Assembly: GCA_964016885.1 (NCBI GenBank)
Contig: OZ024754.1
Coordinates: forward strand, 1,984,001 to 2,048,000
Length of the DNA: 64,000 nt
Direction: 5' to 3'
Source of the DNA: Eledone cirrhosa
Lineage: Eukaryota
Shown one piece after another: positions 32,560 through 47,059 of this stretch (its first letter is position 1; the number at the start of each line of letters is the position of its first letter). Position numbers and translations under genes: made by a program. The notes under the pieces were generated by a model, which saw only the letters and a program-made list of their open reading frames with translations, did not search any database and was not told where the DNA came from.

Positions 32560-33020
32560 AGAATGCGTGTGTTTGTGTGTGTGTGCGTATGAGAATGTGT
32601 GTGTGCGTGTGTGTGCTGTGTGCGTATGAGAATGTGTGTGTCCTGTGCTTTCCTAAGAAATGGTCTAAGAAATGGAAAAGGAATGTTTTAAGAGGTGTCT
32701 GGATATGGTAGTGGTGTTAGTGGGAGTGGTGAGAGGAGGGTGGACTGTATGGAATAGGGAAGGGAAGCTGGTGGCTATTTAGATTAATACACAGACACAC
32801 ACACACGTACAACTACACACAAGAACACACATACACTTACACACAAGAATACACATACACAGAGGAGCAGATATTTACATACACGCTAGAACAAACATAC
32901 ACTTACACAAAATATCACATACATTTACACACAAAAGGACACACATATTTACATACAAGATTACATATACACCGACATACAAGATCTGATATTCTGAGTT
33001 CAAATCCTGCCGAAGTCACC

Positions 33021-33184
33021 TATTTCCCGTCCTCAAAGACGCTACTTTTTACCTAGAATAAGTCTCAAAAATCTACCATGCATCCTGGAGGCCGAAGGTT
33101 TTTTTTTTTTTTTTTCAAATTTTTGGTTGTCAAAATTAGGGTGCGTCCTCGAGGACGAAGCGTCTTCGGCGCCGGGAAATACTG
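33021..33184. mobile_element. Tc1/mariner-superfamily (pogo/Tc2-like) MITE
   Basis: TATTTCCCGTCCTCAAAGACGC ... GCGTCTTCGGCGCCGGGAAATACTG|TA imperfect TIRs with TA at the right end. The left end abuts a SINE B-box fragment. Confidence 0.6.
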
Positions 33185-35137
33185 TATTCTTTCTTCCGGT
33201 GTCGGGAATGTTAAATAAAACAGTCAAATATTTCAGTCAATAAAATCGATAACAACTTGCAGTCCTATATCAATATTAGAAACTAATATTTATGATATTC
33301 ATCAATTAGGTTTCGAATAGCAAAAACCAATGGTGCGACGGACACAATCCGTTTTGGTAATTACCATTGCAAGGATTTAGAACGATTTGGTTTGTATTTC
33401 TGGTAGAATGAAGCTGCTTTCAAAGGTCAGTTAAGGAATCATACAACTTAAGTTTCTGGTATAGTCAGAATATATTTATATAAGTTCACGGCCTGACCAG
33501 AACATTCTTATTTATATCCTTGACATAACTATACATTTTCCATTCTATTTTACTGATGTTAGTGTTTAATTGTTTGATATGGGGTAATTTTGACTAGTGT
33601 CTCTAGCAGTAATAAAATGCACGTAGAGGTTCCTTTACTTAGTTTGTTGTTATAACATGCTGGTACGTTAATGGTAAAATCCTTCTAGACGTGACTACAT
33701 TTAATTCTATATATATTGGTCTATATAATCTAATCTAACGTTCGATTTAATTATATAGTGCGTGATGTGACGGAATTTCGAGTGATATTTTAGTAAAGCC
33801 TGGCTCCACGAGAAACCTTACACTTAAAACTGTTCCTGGAAAGATTAAACGTTGTTTTCATTTTTGCTTATGTAGGATTATATTACAAAAATGTATCATT
33901 TGATATTTTAATGTGGTAAGGAGCGATTTGAAAGGTATCAAGTTTGTTAATAAAAGAGTTAAGCTGGGGAATAGTCGAATAGATAGAACACTTTCAACAA
34001 TTGACTCTTCCCTCTTCATGTTATGATATAAATTTATATTCCTGTTGAAGCTAATCTTGATTGGAGCTCTTTAACATGAAATACTAGAGAAATATAGCAA
34101 TTGATTTTAATCGTAACATCAATACTGGCGGCAACTGAAGCCAAAATATGAAGGGGCATAATTCTTTTGACGGGATCGTCTACTAAATTTTAGAATCAAT
34201 GGTTTTCCAATGATTTACAACATATGCATAAAGACACGAATTGTGAGGTAGAGGGTTGCCTTATTCAATTAATAAAAGACATACAAAGACATATGACCGC
34301 CATTTTGACTTCAATTGAGAAAATGAACGGACAGAAATGTAATCTCTAAAATATTACTTCAAATATTCCATTACATCAACCCTATAACTGGAAATCAAAT
34401 ATAAATCTAACTGCAATGTATGCCATTTTAGATCATACATACTCATAGCTTTCCATAAAAAAAAATCTCTTAATCAATTGAAATATAATATGTAAATAGA
34501 AATATATGGTAAGGCATATGGAGGGATAGCGAAGTTGTTCTCTGTATGTCGCGTGTCAAAGGGAAATAAGTCCGCCAGTGTTTATATATCTCTGGAACGT
34601 TGTATTGAGACGGACATTTTAATTAAGACGAGAAAAGCAAGTGAAGTGTGAAACATTCAACTGGGAATTGAACTAACGTTAGAAAAATAGCTTGCCAGGA
34701 GGTGTGTTTAAATCAATATCTGTTGCATAATTTTAGTTTAGAAGAATCATTTGCAATTCATATGAACGTACGTACGTATGTATGTATGTATATATACATG
34801 CATGTATGTATTATGTATGTATATATGTAAGTGTCTATGCATGCAGCAGACAATTTATGTCGGGTTTATAAAGAACGTGCAGATTCTCCACAGTGACTAT
34901 ACTTTTAGATTTGTACCTTTGATAATTGGGGGACCCTTGGTGACGTTACAAACTGCCTAAGTACAGATCCTAAGGAGCTGGTCTTCACAGAATCATAAAG
35001 AACACGGGCAGTTTTGAAGTTTCGAGCAAAAACACTCAATAAAATAGAACTGTAAAAATATTTTAATGTAAAATATTTCAGGAAGTAACAACTATGTAAG
35101 CACACGCATAGATAGAGAAGTGAATATATATATATAT

Positions 35138-35328
35138 AATTGTTTCGACTTTTGGCACAAGGCCAACAATTATCCCAGCGTATTACTGGTACTTTATTTT
35201 ATCGACCCCGTAAGGATGAAAGGCAAAGTTAACCTCGACGGGATTCGAACTCAGACAATAAAGGGCCGTAACTCTTTGCTGCAAAGCATGGCGACCGACG
35301 CTCTGCCGATACTGCCAATCCACCGCCT
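35138..35328 (-). mobile_element. SINE (short subfamily), followed by a second 3' fragment at 35342-35416
   Basis: Full reverse-complement match including the head ACTGCCAATCCACCGCC. Confidence 0.9.
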
Positions 35329-36002
35329 ATAAATATATATAATAATTGTTTCTACTTTTGGCACAAGGCCAGCAATTACCCAGTACATTACTGGTACTTT
35401 ATTTTATCGACCCCGTATAACGCAAAACATACACAACCACATATGCGAAGACATCATTACCTGCTCACACAAACACTCACAGACACACAGACATACATAT
35501 ATACCAAGTTAATATCTAAATTCCAATGAAAGAGACTTGTTTCTCTGTTCGAAGGCGACACTCTCTAATGGCTAAAATGAGTAATATAATATCACCACAA
35601 GTATATACACTCTCTCCCTCTATATATACACATGTATATATACCTATATACAGTACATATACACCTCTATCACTATCTCTATATATATATATACATATAT
35701 ATGTGTATATATAGAGGGAGAGGCACAAACACAAAGAAAATAATCCCCAGTCACCGAAGAAGTCACAGAATCTGTGACGAAAGAACTTTGACAATATATA
35801 AACAACCATCTGGTTGTGGAACCAACCAACCAACCGGAAATTTATAAATTCCTAAATTTATAAATTTATTATAATAAATTGAAGTGAAAGCGACTGGTGC
35901 GTGTGTTTCTTATTGGCAACATGACCCTCCCAAAGTATAACAATATCGGTTTCAACACACGTTTTCAGATAAAGAATCTTGCTAAACAAATTCAGAAACG
36001 AA

Positions 36003-36040
<38 letters not shown>

Positions 36041-36048
36041 GTGTATGT

Positions 36049-36086
<38 letters not shown>

Positions 36087-36609
36087 GGCGGGTTAAGAAT
36101 ATACGTTTCTTTCTCGTTGTCTCTCCTCTTCTCCAATATAAACCGATCCTTCCATGTATATCCCTCTGTCCCCTCTCTATCCCCGTCACTATCCCTCTCA
36201 CTATCTCTCAGTCTATCCACCTCTCACTATCCCTCTGTCAATGTAGCAACACTATCACAATCACCATTTAATTACCCGTCTCTTTACTCTATTGTTTTCC
36301 TTGCCGCTAACTCCATCTTAACTATCACGCCTTCTATTCAACTTAATCTAATGGCTCTGTATTTTCCTTGCTTCAAATCAATATTTCTATGCCTATGTAT
36401 ACAGTGATGTAGAGAGGGAGAGAGAGAGCGAGATTCAGAAAGATATATATATATATATATATATATATACTGATATGGATGAGGTGTCAAATATATATAT
36501 CTATATATCGATATATATATATATATATATATATAGAAACACACATACACATTTACATATATACACAAGAGCAAACATACATCATAAATATACAAATATG
36601 TGTGTGTAT

Positions 36610-36642
36610 ATATATTATATATATATATAACACATATATAAG

Positions 36643-36697
<55 letters not shown>

Positions 36698-36854
36698 CAC
36701 ATATATAAGTATATATATATATATATATATAGTTATATTTGGGGAGGGTCATATTTGCGTAATATTGCCAGAATTAATAACAGAACACACTCACTGTTTG
36801 GTTGGTTTTCGCTTCTCGCTGTCTTTTATATATATATATCTGCGATCTTTATCG

Positions 36855-36917
<63 letters not shown>

Positions 36918-36928
36918 CACATATATAA

Positions 36929-36970
<42 letters not shown>

Positions 36971-36974
36971 CATA

Positions 36975-37025
<51 letters not shown>

Positions 37026-37037
37026 CACATATATGTC

Positions 37038-37068
<31 letters not shown>

Positions 37069-37125
37069 ATATAACACATATATAAGTATATATATATATA
37101 TGTATATATATATATAACACATATA

Positions 37126-37160
<35 letters not shown>

Positions 37161-37270
37161 CACATATATAAGTATATATATATATGTATATATATGTATA
37201 TATATATATATAACACATATATAAGTATATATATATATAACACATATATGTCTATATATATATATATATA
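36610..37270. repeat. (TA)n with AACACATATATAAGT/ATGTC units
   Basis: Direct reading; interrupted by a unique island at 36730-36860. Confidence 0.85.
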
Positions 37271-37594
37271 CATATGTATGCATGTATATTTAAATGTAGG
37301 TAAAGGTAAAAAGTTAATTAATCTCAGGTTTATAGCATGTCATAAATCTTTATCACAGCAAATTTCCAACCGCTATTAAGGATTATTGTTATAAAGTTGT
37401 GTAAATGACGTCGGCTGAAGACTAAATGTGTTTGGACGAGGAGATGCTATAAATATTTCAGGAAGAGGCAATTTATAATAATTATTATTTATTTTTATCA
37501 CCATTATCGTCTTCTTTCTTAATGTTATACTTTGTGTCAACTCTTGTGGTCAATAAAAAAAACATTATGATTATTATTATTATTATTATTATTA

Positions 37595-37915
37595 TCCCGC
37601 CGAGGTTAACTTTGCCTTTCATCCTTACGGGGTCGATAAAATAAAGTACCAGTAATGCACTGGTATAATTGCTGGCCTTGTGCCAAAAAAGAAAATAGAA
37701 ACAATTATTATTATTGGCAGTGAAGATAGATACAAAATGTATTGCAGCATAGAGCTACGGCCATTTACGTTCTGATTTCAAAAGCCACCGAAATTCTTTG
37801 GCTTTCATCCTTACGGGGCTAGATAGAAATAAGTACTAATGACGCACTGGGGTTGATTTAATCGACTTTCCCCTCTCCCCAAATTGTTGGCCTTGTGCCT
37901 AAATCAGAAACATTT
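37595..37915 (+). mobile_element. Two tandem SINE copies (5'-truncated short plus diverged long)
   Basis: Cores at ~37610 and ~37800, within (ATT)n. Confidence 0.85.
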
Positions 37916-38299
37916 ATTCATTTTTATTATAAGTAGTAGTAGTAGTAGTATAGTAGTGGTGGTGGAGGTAGTAGTAGTAGTAGTAGTAGTAGTAATGAAC
38001 ATTTATCCATTTTCCTATCAGCACAATAGTTTTTTAATTATGCAATTATAAGCAAATAACGATGCGTATATATTTCAATACTTGCGCAACTATTCACACA
38101 AAGAGAACAGGATCCAGGTTCTTTCATATATTGAATTAACAGCATAAGTTCTTTGGATAGATATTCTATCTTTATCTACGTTGCCTTCTCTAATATATAA
38201 TATATATTCTATGTAAAAGGTAAACAGAAATAACAACACAATCAGTACAGTATATGGAAGGGATATATTAGGTTAACGTTTGATATAGCAAGAAGAGGG

Positions 38300-38335
38300 T
38301 CTTAACGTTTCGGACGTTAGTCTTTCATCAAAAGA
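38300..38335 (-). ncRNA. Minimal hammerhead motif (family B, C3 changed to U)
   Basis: Minus strand reads TCTT-TTGATGA-AAGAC-TAAC-GTCC-GAAA-CGTT-AAGA. Confidence 0.6.
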
Positions 38336-38738
38336 AAGAATTAGAAATAAGTCAGATTGAGGGGACGGGTGGGTGTGCAATTGTAAAAAAAATGTCTTTA
38401 GATAAAAAAATAACCGATCAATTCATTTTGACGACTTTCGCAAAACTCATATGTATATATTCGATAGTATGAACAAGTATAGGGTCCAATTGAAAGCCTT
38501 TTGGTTGGTTATATTATTGCCATCTTAAACTAGAAGATGTAAATTTCTTATGGTAGCATGACTAAATATAAGTTAGCGACAGGGTTTAAAGTGAACTTTC
38601 TAGGATAGAACCTTCGAATATAACTTATTTAGAAAGCATTGGATGTATTTTAGTATTCGCAATGTGCACCTCCCGTTGCAAATTACCATAATAATTGTTT
38701 CTACTTTTGGCACAAGGCCAGCAATTTTCTCAGTGTAT

Positions 38739-38783
<45 letters not shown>

Positions 38784-38789
38784 ATCAGG

Positions 38790-39185
38790 TGTAATGACTT
38801 GGACACTGACCAAGAAACTCACTCAGATGGTGGATGGGTGCTACACGAGAATGTTTGAGGATGGCTCTGAACATTAATCAGTATACACTGAGGATGAAAA
38901 ACTCAGAGCTGTATGGGAGCCTCCGAAAAGTCAGCTCAAAAGTGACACAGAGGAGACTGAGGTGAGCTGGACATGCTCACCGACATCCAGAGTTGACATT
39001 GCACTCAGTACTCCTGTGAGAGCCCCTACATGGACACACTGGAAGGGGAATACCAAGGTTAACGTATGTTGATGCCCTAAGGACAGACACTGGTCTGTTG
39101 GAGACGCAGGACATGGCAGCGATAATGAGGGACAGAGATCGCTGGAGTGAACTCCATGGATCTCGGGTATTTTACCCGCCCTAGA
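38790..39185 (+). mobile_element. 5'-truncated RTE-clade LINE, frameshifted
   Basis: TWTLTKKL..MVDGCYTRM / ELYGSL.KVS.KV..RRLR*AGH / LTYVDALRTDTG..MRDRD. Ends TAG(ATAT)n. Confidence 0.85.
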
Positions 39186-39195
39186 TATATATATA

Positions 39196-39278
39196 CAGGG
39201 TTCTCCCCACAAAAAGTTTATACACACTTCAACAACACATCCTAATAAAAATATGTATACATTTTAGGGGGCACCCTT
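39196..39278. mobile_element. ~80-bp Tc1/mariner-like MITE (CAGGG..CCC termini)
   Basis: Imperfect TIRs with TA flanks. Related copies at 50156-50226, 53911-53987 and 59208-59285. Confidence 0.65.
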
Positions 39279-39925
39279 TATATATATGTACATATATATA
39301 TATGTATATATATGTATATATATACATATATATGATAGATAGATAGATAGATAGAGAGAGAGAGGAAGAGGGATACTGATAGATATATAGATAAATATAT
39401 AGATATACCTATACATATGTATGTTATTTTTACACGTATGGATTTAATGTAATATTAAAGTTATATATCTACATTTATAGGTGTGCAGTGGGAATCCATT
39501 ACAAATGATCGTTTGTGGCCAATTTAGGAAGTTGCTCTCCATTTATATTTCAAAGAGTGAATCAATATTTCGCATTCGAATTATATTTATATGCCTTTAA
39601 TTCATTTAATTCCCTCAAAGAACTATTAATTTACACTTTGCTTCTTAATAATATATGGGCATGTGCATAAAACTAGAGGAATAACGTCTTGCAATTCTCG
39701 CATTAAGTTTAAGGAGGTTTTAACGAGATTTTAATAGGCCCTCTTCGAAAATATTCTGATATATGTACTACATTATAAAGAAATTATCATCATGATTGAC
39801 ATCATTCTCAGCATCATCATCATCATCGTGATCATCATCAGCATCGCCGCCATCATCATCATCATCATCGTCGCCTCCGTCGCCGTCATCGTCGCCGCCA
39901 TCGTCATTATTATTATTAATATTAC

Positions 39926-40140
39926 TGGATTGGCAGTATCAGTAGAAGATCAGACAACATGCTTGTAAGCATAGCGTTATGGCCCTTTATATTCTGGGTT
40001 CAAATCCCGCCGATGTTAGCTTTGCCTTTCATCCAAACAGGGTCTATAAAATACGGTAGCAGTAATGCACTGGGGTCGATTTAATCAACTTTCATTCCCC
40101 TTCCTTTCAAGTTACTGGCCTTGTGCTAAAATTAGAAACT
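39926..40140 (+). mobile_element. SINE (long subfamily)
   Basis: A/B boxes, core, GGGGTCGATTTAATCAACTT segment, and tail. Confidence 0.88.
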
Positions 40141-40404
40141 ATGTATGAATGTATGTATGTATGTATGTATGTATGTATGTATGTATGTATGTATGAATGT
40201 ATGAATGTATGAATGTATGTATGTATGTGCGTGCGTGCGTGCGTGCGTGTGTGCGTGTGTGTGTGTGCGTGTGTGTGCGCGTGTGCGTGTGTAAACAAGC
40301 ACAATAAATATGTATAATATATCTACATTAGAAAACATAGACATACTTATATAAGAACCAACTTAACAGTTCGTTGCCTTAATATATTATGGATGAAGTT
40401 TCAC

Positions 40405-40484
40405 GATATATATGTATATATATTTATATATGTATATATATTTATATATGTATATATATGTATATATATAAATATTTATATATG

Positions 40485-40518
<34 letters not shown>

Positions 40519-40769
40519 ATTATATATTTATATATGTATATATATATGTATATATATATTTATATATGTATATATATATATATTTATATATATATTTATA
40601 TATATGTATATATATATTTATATATGTATATATATATATATTTATATATATATTTATATATGTATATATATATTTATATATGTATATATATATTTATATA
40701 TATATATAAATATATATATATAAATAAATATTTACTCGTTGTAACCCAACAATTTAAATAAAACTTTGC

Positions 40770-40813
<44 letters not shown>

Positions 40814-40870
40814 ATGTATATATATATATTTATATATGTATATATGTATATATATATATTTATATATGTA

Positions 40871-40901
<31 letters not shown>

Positions 40902-40915
40902 ATGTATATATATAG
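40405..40915. repeat. (TA)-derived satellite containing a family C tail fragment (~40722-40770)
   Basis: TATTTACTCGTTGTAACCCAACAATTTAAATAAAACTTTGCA matches 20911-20954. Confidence 0.85.
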
Positions 40916-41211
40916 CCTCGATTTTACTCAAGCCGTCCCGAGAGACGTTCGCTAGATAATAATTCCACCGACGATAATAACTATGTGGTCTCTTTGGCAA
41001 GAGAGTGTTCTCCAAGTGCTAAATTTACCATTACATCTTTCTATATTTATATGTATATTCCGAGTTTCTAATCACAGTTCTGCCGGAGGTTGTATATTTT
41101 CCCTTATTGATTATTGCATTTAAAAAATTATAAATCTAATATATAAGTATGATTGTCAATAGTTTAAAGATACACATCATACATACATACATACGTACGT
41201 ACGTACGTACG

Positions 41212-41259
<48 letters not shown>

Positions 41260-42714
41260 TGTGTGTATATTAGAAAATAAAATTTCAATTATTAACACTT
41301 TATGTTTGTATTCTTCGTTCCAAATTTCGTATCATATTTGTGTATCTGCAAATCGAACCTCAAATCCTGTAGATTTTGTGCATTGACATTGCAATCACTG
41401 TTGTAACATTTTATAACTTCACAAGGGCTCAATATTTCCTCACTTCATAAAAATGGGAAGACAGAATTCAAGCAGAAGTCATCACAAGTGTTTTTCTATT
41501 TTCTTAATTTCAGTAAAATCTAAGAATTGTGCAGTGTAATATCATAAAACATTCGGGCTGCACTACTTCTAAAACGCGAGGAAAACGCCGTATTTTGACA
41601 AGACAGCAGTGGTGTAAGTGTGTAACGATATGCATATTTGATTAAGGGTAAATTAGATGATTATTTAAAACAAAAAACATAAAATCTACAGATTTGCCTT
41701 CTGGAATATTTTATCAAATACGAAGAAATGCAAATCATATGAATAGAGGATTAACTCGATATCTGAAATCATAGAGATTACATTCATCATACTAAACGAA
41801 ACTGGGTAGCAAATACATCTCAGAGAAAAATGCTACTAATGATATGTTCCAAATGAAAATTGAATTAGTGTGATTATGGACGGTATCCGTTGAAGAATCT
41901 TTACCGATATTGAAGTGGAAGAATAAAGTTCCACCAAAATGGAAAACACTAAATGCTAACACGCTTAACTATGGTTATCATGAAATAACACCACTTCAAA
42001 GGAGAACAACTAATTTAGTGGTTATAATACCAAGGTCAAAAAGAATTATAATATCGATAACCTTAACAAGAAGAAGATATAATCTCGTAAATCCTATAGG
42101 CTAATGAATAAGACCACTATCAAACAATAAAATGCATAATAATCAACAATACGTAAACGATAATATTAATTCCAGGATATCTAGACAACCAAACAACTCC
42201 ATTAAAATTAGAACATCGTAATGAAAACGAAGTATTTCTCAAAATCACGACAACAGTCTAAAGCTGGACACTGTAGGAAAAGAGAATTTATGTTTCGGAT
42301 AGTCGTCCTTCATTGCAGGATGGGATGAGAAACCAAAGATGAAATAGAAAGATAGAGTGAAGAGAAGAGAAATAAAAGGAACACATTTTTTTAGAAAATG
42401 CCCTTGTGTGTATATATTTGTATATTGAGTCACAGAGAGAAAGATAGAGGAAGATAAATATAAATATAAATATACAAATATGTGTCACTGACAGAATAGG
42501 TGAGAAAACCTAAAAGGAGAAACACCAGCTGATATGTGTGTGTAAATATACACATTATACTATTACGTTATATATATTTTAGTTGAATATACATATATAG
42601 TACATGTACACATCCATCCACTCACACACCTACAACCCCCCTCCCATACACACACATATATATATATATATATATGCATGTGTGTATGGTGGTATGAATG
42701 CGTGCAGCTATGTA

Positions 42715-42765
<51 letters not shown>

Positions 42766-42865
42766 GAATATCGCCGAGCACAGCTAAGCATAATTATGTG
42801 CATTCAAAATCAAATATTAAAATGTAAACATTTATACATATCCGATGAGAAATACTGGCACTAAA

Positions 42866-42900
<35 letters not shown>

Positions 42901-42999
42901 GTGTATGTATGCGTGGTGTATATACACATACAATTATATATGTGGTGAAGAGTTGAGAACACTCTAGTCACAGGCATACATACTTACATGTATTCATAT

Positions 43000-43059
43000 A
43001 TACACACATTTATACATACGTACATACATACATTCATATATACATACATACATATATAG

Positions 43060-43094
<35 letters not shown>

Positions 43095-43355
43095 CATGCA
43101 TACATTCATATATACATACATAAATTTATGCATTCATATATACATCCATATATCCATACATTCATTCATTCACATATACACACATATATACATAGATATA
43201 TATATATATATACATAGATATACATACATACACATATATATACATACACATACACACATACATATATATATATACATAGATATACATACATACATGCATA
43301 CACATATATATATACATACACACATACATGCATACACATATATATATACATACAC

Positions 43356-43392
<37 letters not shown>

Positions 43393-43803
43393 CATACATA
43401 CAGATTTATACACACACACATATATATACATAAAACATACATACACGCATATATACTTATATATACATATATACATATATAAATACACATTTATACACAC
43501 ATAATATACATACACGCATATATACTTATATATACATATGTACATATATATATATATACATATATAAATACACATTTATACACACATAATATACATACAC
43601 GCATATATACTTATATATACATATGTACATATATATATATATACATATGTACATATATATATATATACATATATAAATACACATTTATACACACATAATA
43701 TACATACACGCATATATACTTGTATATACATATGTACATATATATATATATACATATATAAATACACATTTATACACACATATATATACATATATCTATA
43801 TAT

Positions 43804-43846
<43 letters not shown>

Positions 43847-43850
43847 CACA
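43000..43850. repeat. (TA/CA) compound repeat with an ~80-100-bp tandem unit
   Basis: ACACGCATATATACTT...AAATACACATTTATACACAC occurs four times. Confidence 0.85.
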
Positions 43851-44238
43851 TAGAAAACCTACATTCTTCTGGAAGCAGTCGTAACACTTTAAAGCTATTG
43901 ACACTGAACTGAATAAAGATTCATTTGCAAGCAGTCAACTTTCTAACGATGTCAATTGATGTACACAATAAAGATGGCGTGGTGTGCGTTGTAAATCTAG
44001 TTCTCACTCGTTACTAGAGTACAGGGAGCAAGATTCAGTGAAATATTCATCTATTAGCCGAGCATTTCGAGCTGAATCCTATTGAATTGGAAATTGCAAC
44101 AGTTCAATAGATATAACAATACTACTATAATCAACCTTACGTTATTATCGCTTTCTAACAATATATACCGGAAGTTCTCTTGCTTCGGCTTTGGCTCCAG
44201 AAGTTAGGCGGCGTACGGCTACATCTATATATGTATGC

Positions 44239-44272
<34 letters not shown>

Positions 44273-44444
44273 GCATATATATATACATACACACAAACAC
44301 ACACACACACATATATATATACATATGTATGCATGTATGTATGTATGTATACATATATATACACACACAGATATGGTGGTCTATTTCTCTTTTTCCCCTC
44401 TAATATTAATGCGTCGCTCTTTATATAAGCATAGAATGTGTATG

Positions 44445-44481
<37 letters not shown>

Positions 44482-44606
44482 GGCTGTATGCTAGTGTCTC
44501 TGTGCAACAGTGAATCGAAAGCAGCTACAGCATCAGTTTTTTGGTGGTTGTTTTTTTTTACATATTTCCATCACATCTCCGATCCAACATATATATATAT
44601 ATATAT

Positions 44607-44743
44607 AGGAACGAGTAGGACCCCGACGCCTGAGCTCAAGCCGTTTCGACGGCTAATTCTGGACTATTACCCACTCTACTACCCTAAGTATTGAGTACTT
44701 TGGCGCGTTATGGTCCATCTGGCTCCTTACCACATTTCCTTCG

Positions 44744-44745
<2 letters not shown>
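44607..44745 (+). mobile_element. Family F mini-element, copy 2
   Basis: Inverted arm plus tail AAGTATTGAGTACTTTGG..CCTTACCACATTTCCTTCGTT. In (TA)n. Confidence 0.75.
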
Positions 44746-44791
<46 letters not shown>

Positions 44792-45934
44792 CTCTCTCCC
44801 CCCTCTCTCTCTATATATATATATCAGGAAATAGTTTCCAACCGTGAACCTGCCTACTTTCATTCACACTAAATTTACATAACCCATTAAATTTACATTT
44901 CAAATTTATTTATTTCGTTGTGAAAATCAGATATAATTCATATTAATGTTTTATATTCAAATATTAAGATTTATATTTAGTTGCCAACAAAAAAAGAAAA
45001 AAAGAAAAAAAGAAAAAAAGAAAAAAAGAAAAAAAGAAAAGAAAAAAAAAGAAAAAAAAGAAGTAAATTGGCTGAGGCATGATTGTGTGAAATTTATTGC
45101 AGGTTCCGTCATTTGGGCGATGCGTGGTTTGATTTCCGCAGGCGTCACAGTCCGTCTTTATCCATCTCCACGATAATTTTCCTATCTTATTCGAATATAT
45201 ATATGGTAAATTTCTTTAAGTCGTTTGGATGCCTCGACAATGCAAATGGGTAAATCTCCGGGTAACAAGATACGGTGGTGGAGAGAGAAACGTAAGTGGG
45301 TGTACGTTGAGATGCGTGGCGTGTATAAGACGTGTAGAGGAATGAAGGAAAGAGCGTAAAGGATACAAATAAAAATAACACGAGAGAGAGTTACCTTGGG
45401 AGAGATTTAATTGTCTATATATTTCAGATTCATATCCATTAACTGGGGGTTTTTTTCCGGGGTGGGGGGAAAGGTTGTCTGTCGGAAAGGTGCGAAACGT
45501 GAATTTACTGGTATAAGAAACCGACAGGAGCCCAATGGGTAGATCTTGAGCAACGTGGTTCGATAACATTGATGAGCTTGGCTGGTCTCACTTGGGGATC
45601 TAACCGGAGACATTGCAGACGGTTTCTTCTGAAAGCACCCACAAGAAGGAGTGTTTGAGGACTGGGTAGTCTCGACCCTCAGAGGAATAAGTTGGCGAAA
45701 AGGAAGAAGAATCATTGACCAAATCAGGATTGATGGTAACATTATTAGTTATACGCACAACGGACACACACACACACACAATTTCAAGTGATCAATAATG
45801 TAGTGATAATATATCGTCACGTTAGAGATGAACAGCGTACATGTAGGTTTGCACAACGAGTTTACATTATATTCCGGAAAAAATGTAGAAAAGATGAATA
45901 GAAAATGAAAGTGCTTTTATAAAGGAATTTATTA

Positions 45935-46056
45935 GGTATTGACATATGTTTCTGTAATAGACGGAATACCTATGTATCGCTGCATGCGTAATCATATAAT
46001 GTTAGCAAGTATTCGATAGCAAATGTATAATCAGTTGTCACTTCTTCAGAGATATT
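45935..46056 (-). ncRNA. Hammerhead motif with ~90-nt stem II (minus-strand copy)
   Basis: CTGAAGA at 46049-46043 and GAAACATATGTC at 45952-45941. Confidence 0.65.
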
Positions 46057-46474
46057 GGATAAATTGGAAAAAAATCAGAAAAATTAAAGCATTTATATTA
46101 GTTGTAAGAAAGGAAGAAGAGAAGGGATAGTATATGACAGATGGCAATTCAATTTGCTGGTAAACAAGTATATAGAGGTTTTTAATGAGAATACAATGAG
46201 TATATGGCTTATTTTATCTAAATAAGAATTTTTGGGAGTGCCTATTTTAATCTGTATTTGACCAATACACAATGGACAGGGCTGGTCGTTTGGTGTAGTA
46301 GTATTAATACAAATATAAAGTGTCAAGTAAGGAAGAGAGAGATTTTCACTGCTACTGTATAACAACAATGCTGGTAGCCTGCTGGTATATGCATTAGGGA
46401 ATTGAATTAAGAAATCTCATTTTATCTATAGCAGTTTATATTAAATGGTAAAGAATAGAAGAGTTGATAGAATT

Positions 46475-46596
46475 AATATCTCTGAAGAAGTGACAACTGA
46501 TTATACATTTGTTATCGAATACTTGCTAACATTATATGATTACGCAAGCAGCGATACATAGGTATTCCGTCTGTTACAGAAACATATGTCAATACC
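46475..46596 (+). ncRNA. Hammerhead motif with ~90-nt stem II (plus-strand copy)
   Basis: CTGAAGA at 46482-46488, GTGACA/TGTTAC closing a long hairpin, GAAA at 46579-46582, palindrome CATATG, GUC ending at 46590. Confidence 0.65.
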
Positions 46597-46637
46597 TAAT
46601 AAATTCCTTTATAAAAGCATTTCATTTTATATTCATC

Positions 46638-46715
<78 letters not shown>

Positions 46716-46830
46716 TATTAGAGAATAATAATAATAATGTCCGTTTACAATTGTTTCGCTACTCCATATAATATTTCTGGATCAGATGACTATATATCAT
46801 GATTGATCTGGTTCAGTTGAAAATAATTAC

Positions 46831-46877
<47 letters not shown>

Positions 46878-46894
46878 TATATATATATATTTAT

Positions 46895-46932
<38 letters not shown>

Positions 46933-47059
46933 ATAAACACCAGGTATTATATCCCACGGAATATTAATTTAGGCCAGACGCAACTAAATATATATAAGAG
47001 AGAAGAGACGGAGAGAGTGAAAGAGGTAGTGAGTGTGAAAGAGTGGTGTATGTATATAT

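Larger units (their letters stand above)
45893..46637 (-). mobile_element. Fold-back element with ~163-bp inverted arms, each carrying a hammerhead
   Basis: Arms at 45893-46056 and 46475-46637 differ at only a few positions. The spacer is pyrimidine-rich on the minus strand. The right arm abuts (TA)n. Confidence 0.8.

Noticed and set aside
46330-46470. Possible GIY-YIG C-terminal remnant in the spacer of the large fold-back
   Set aside because: Stops in frame and too little similarity to claim by eye.
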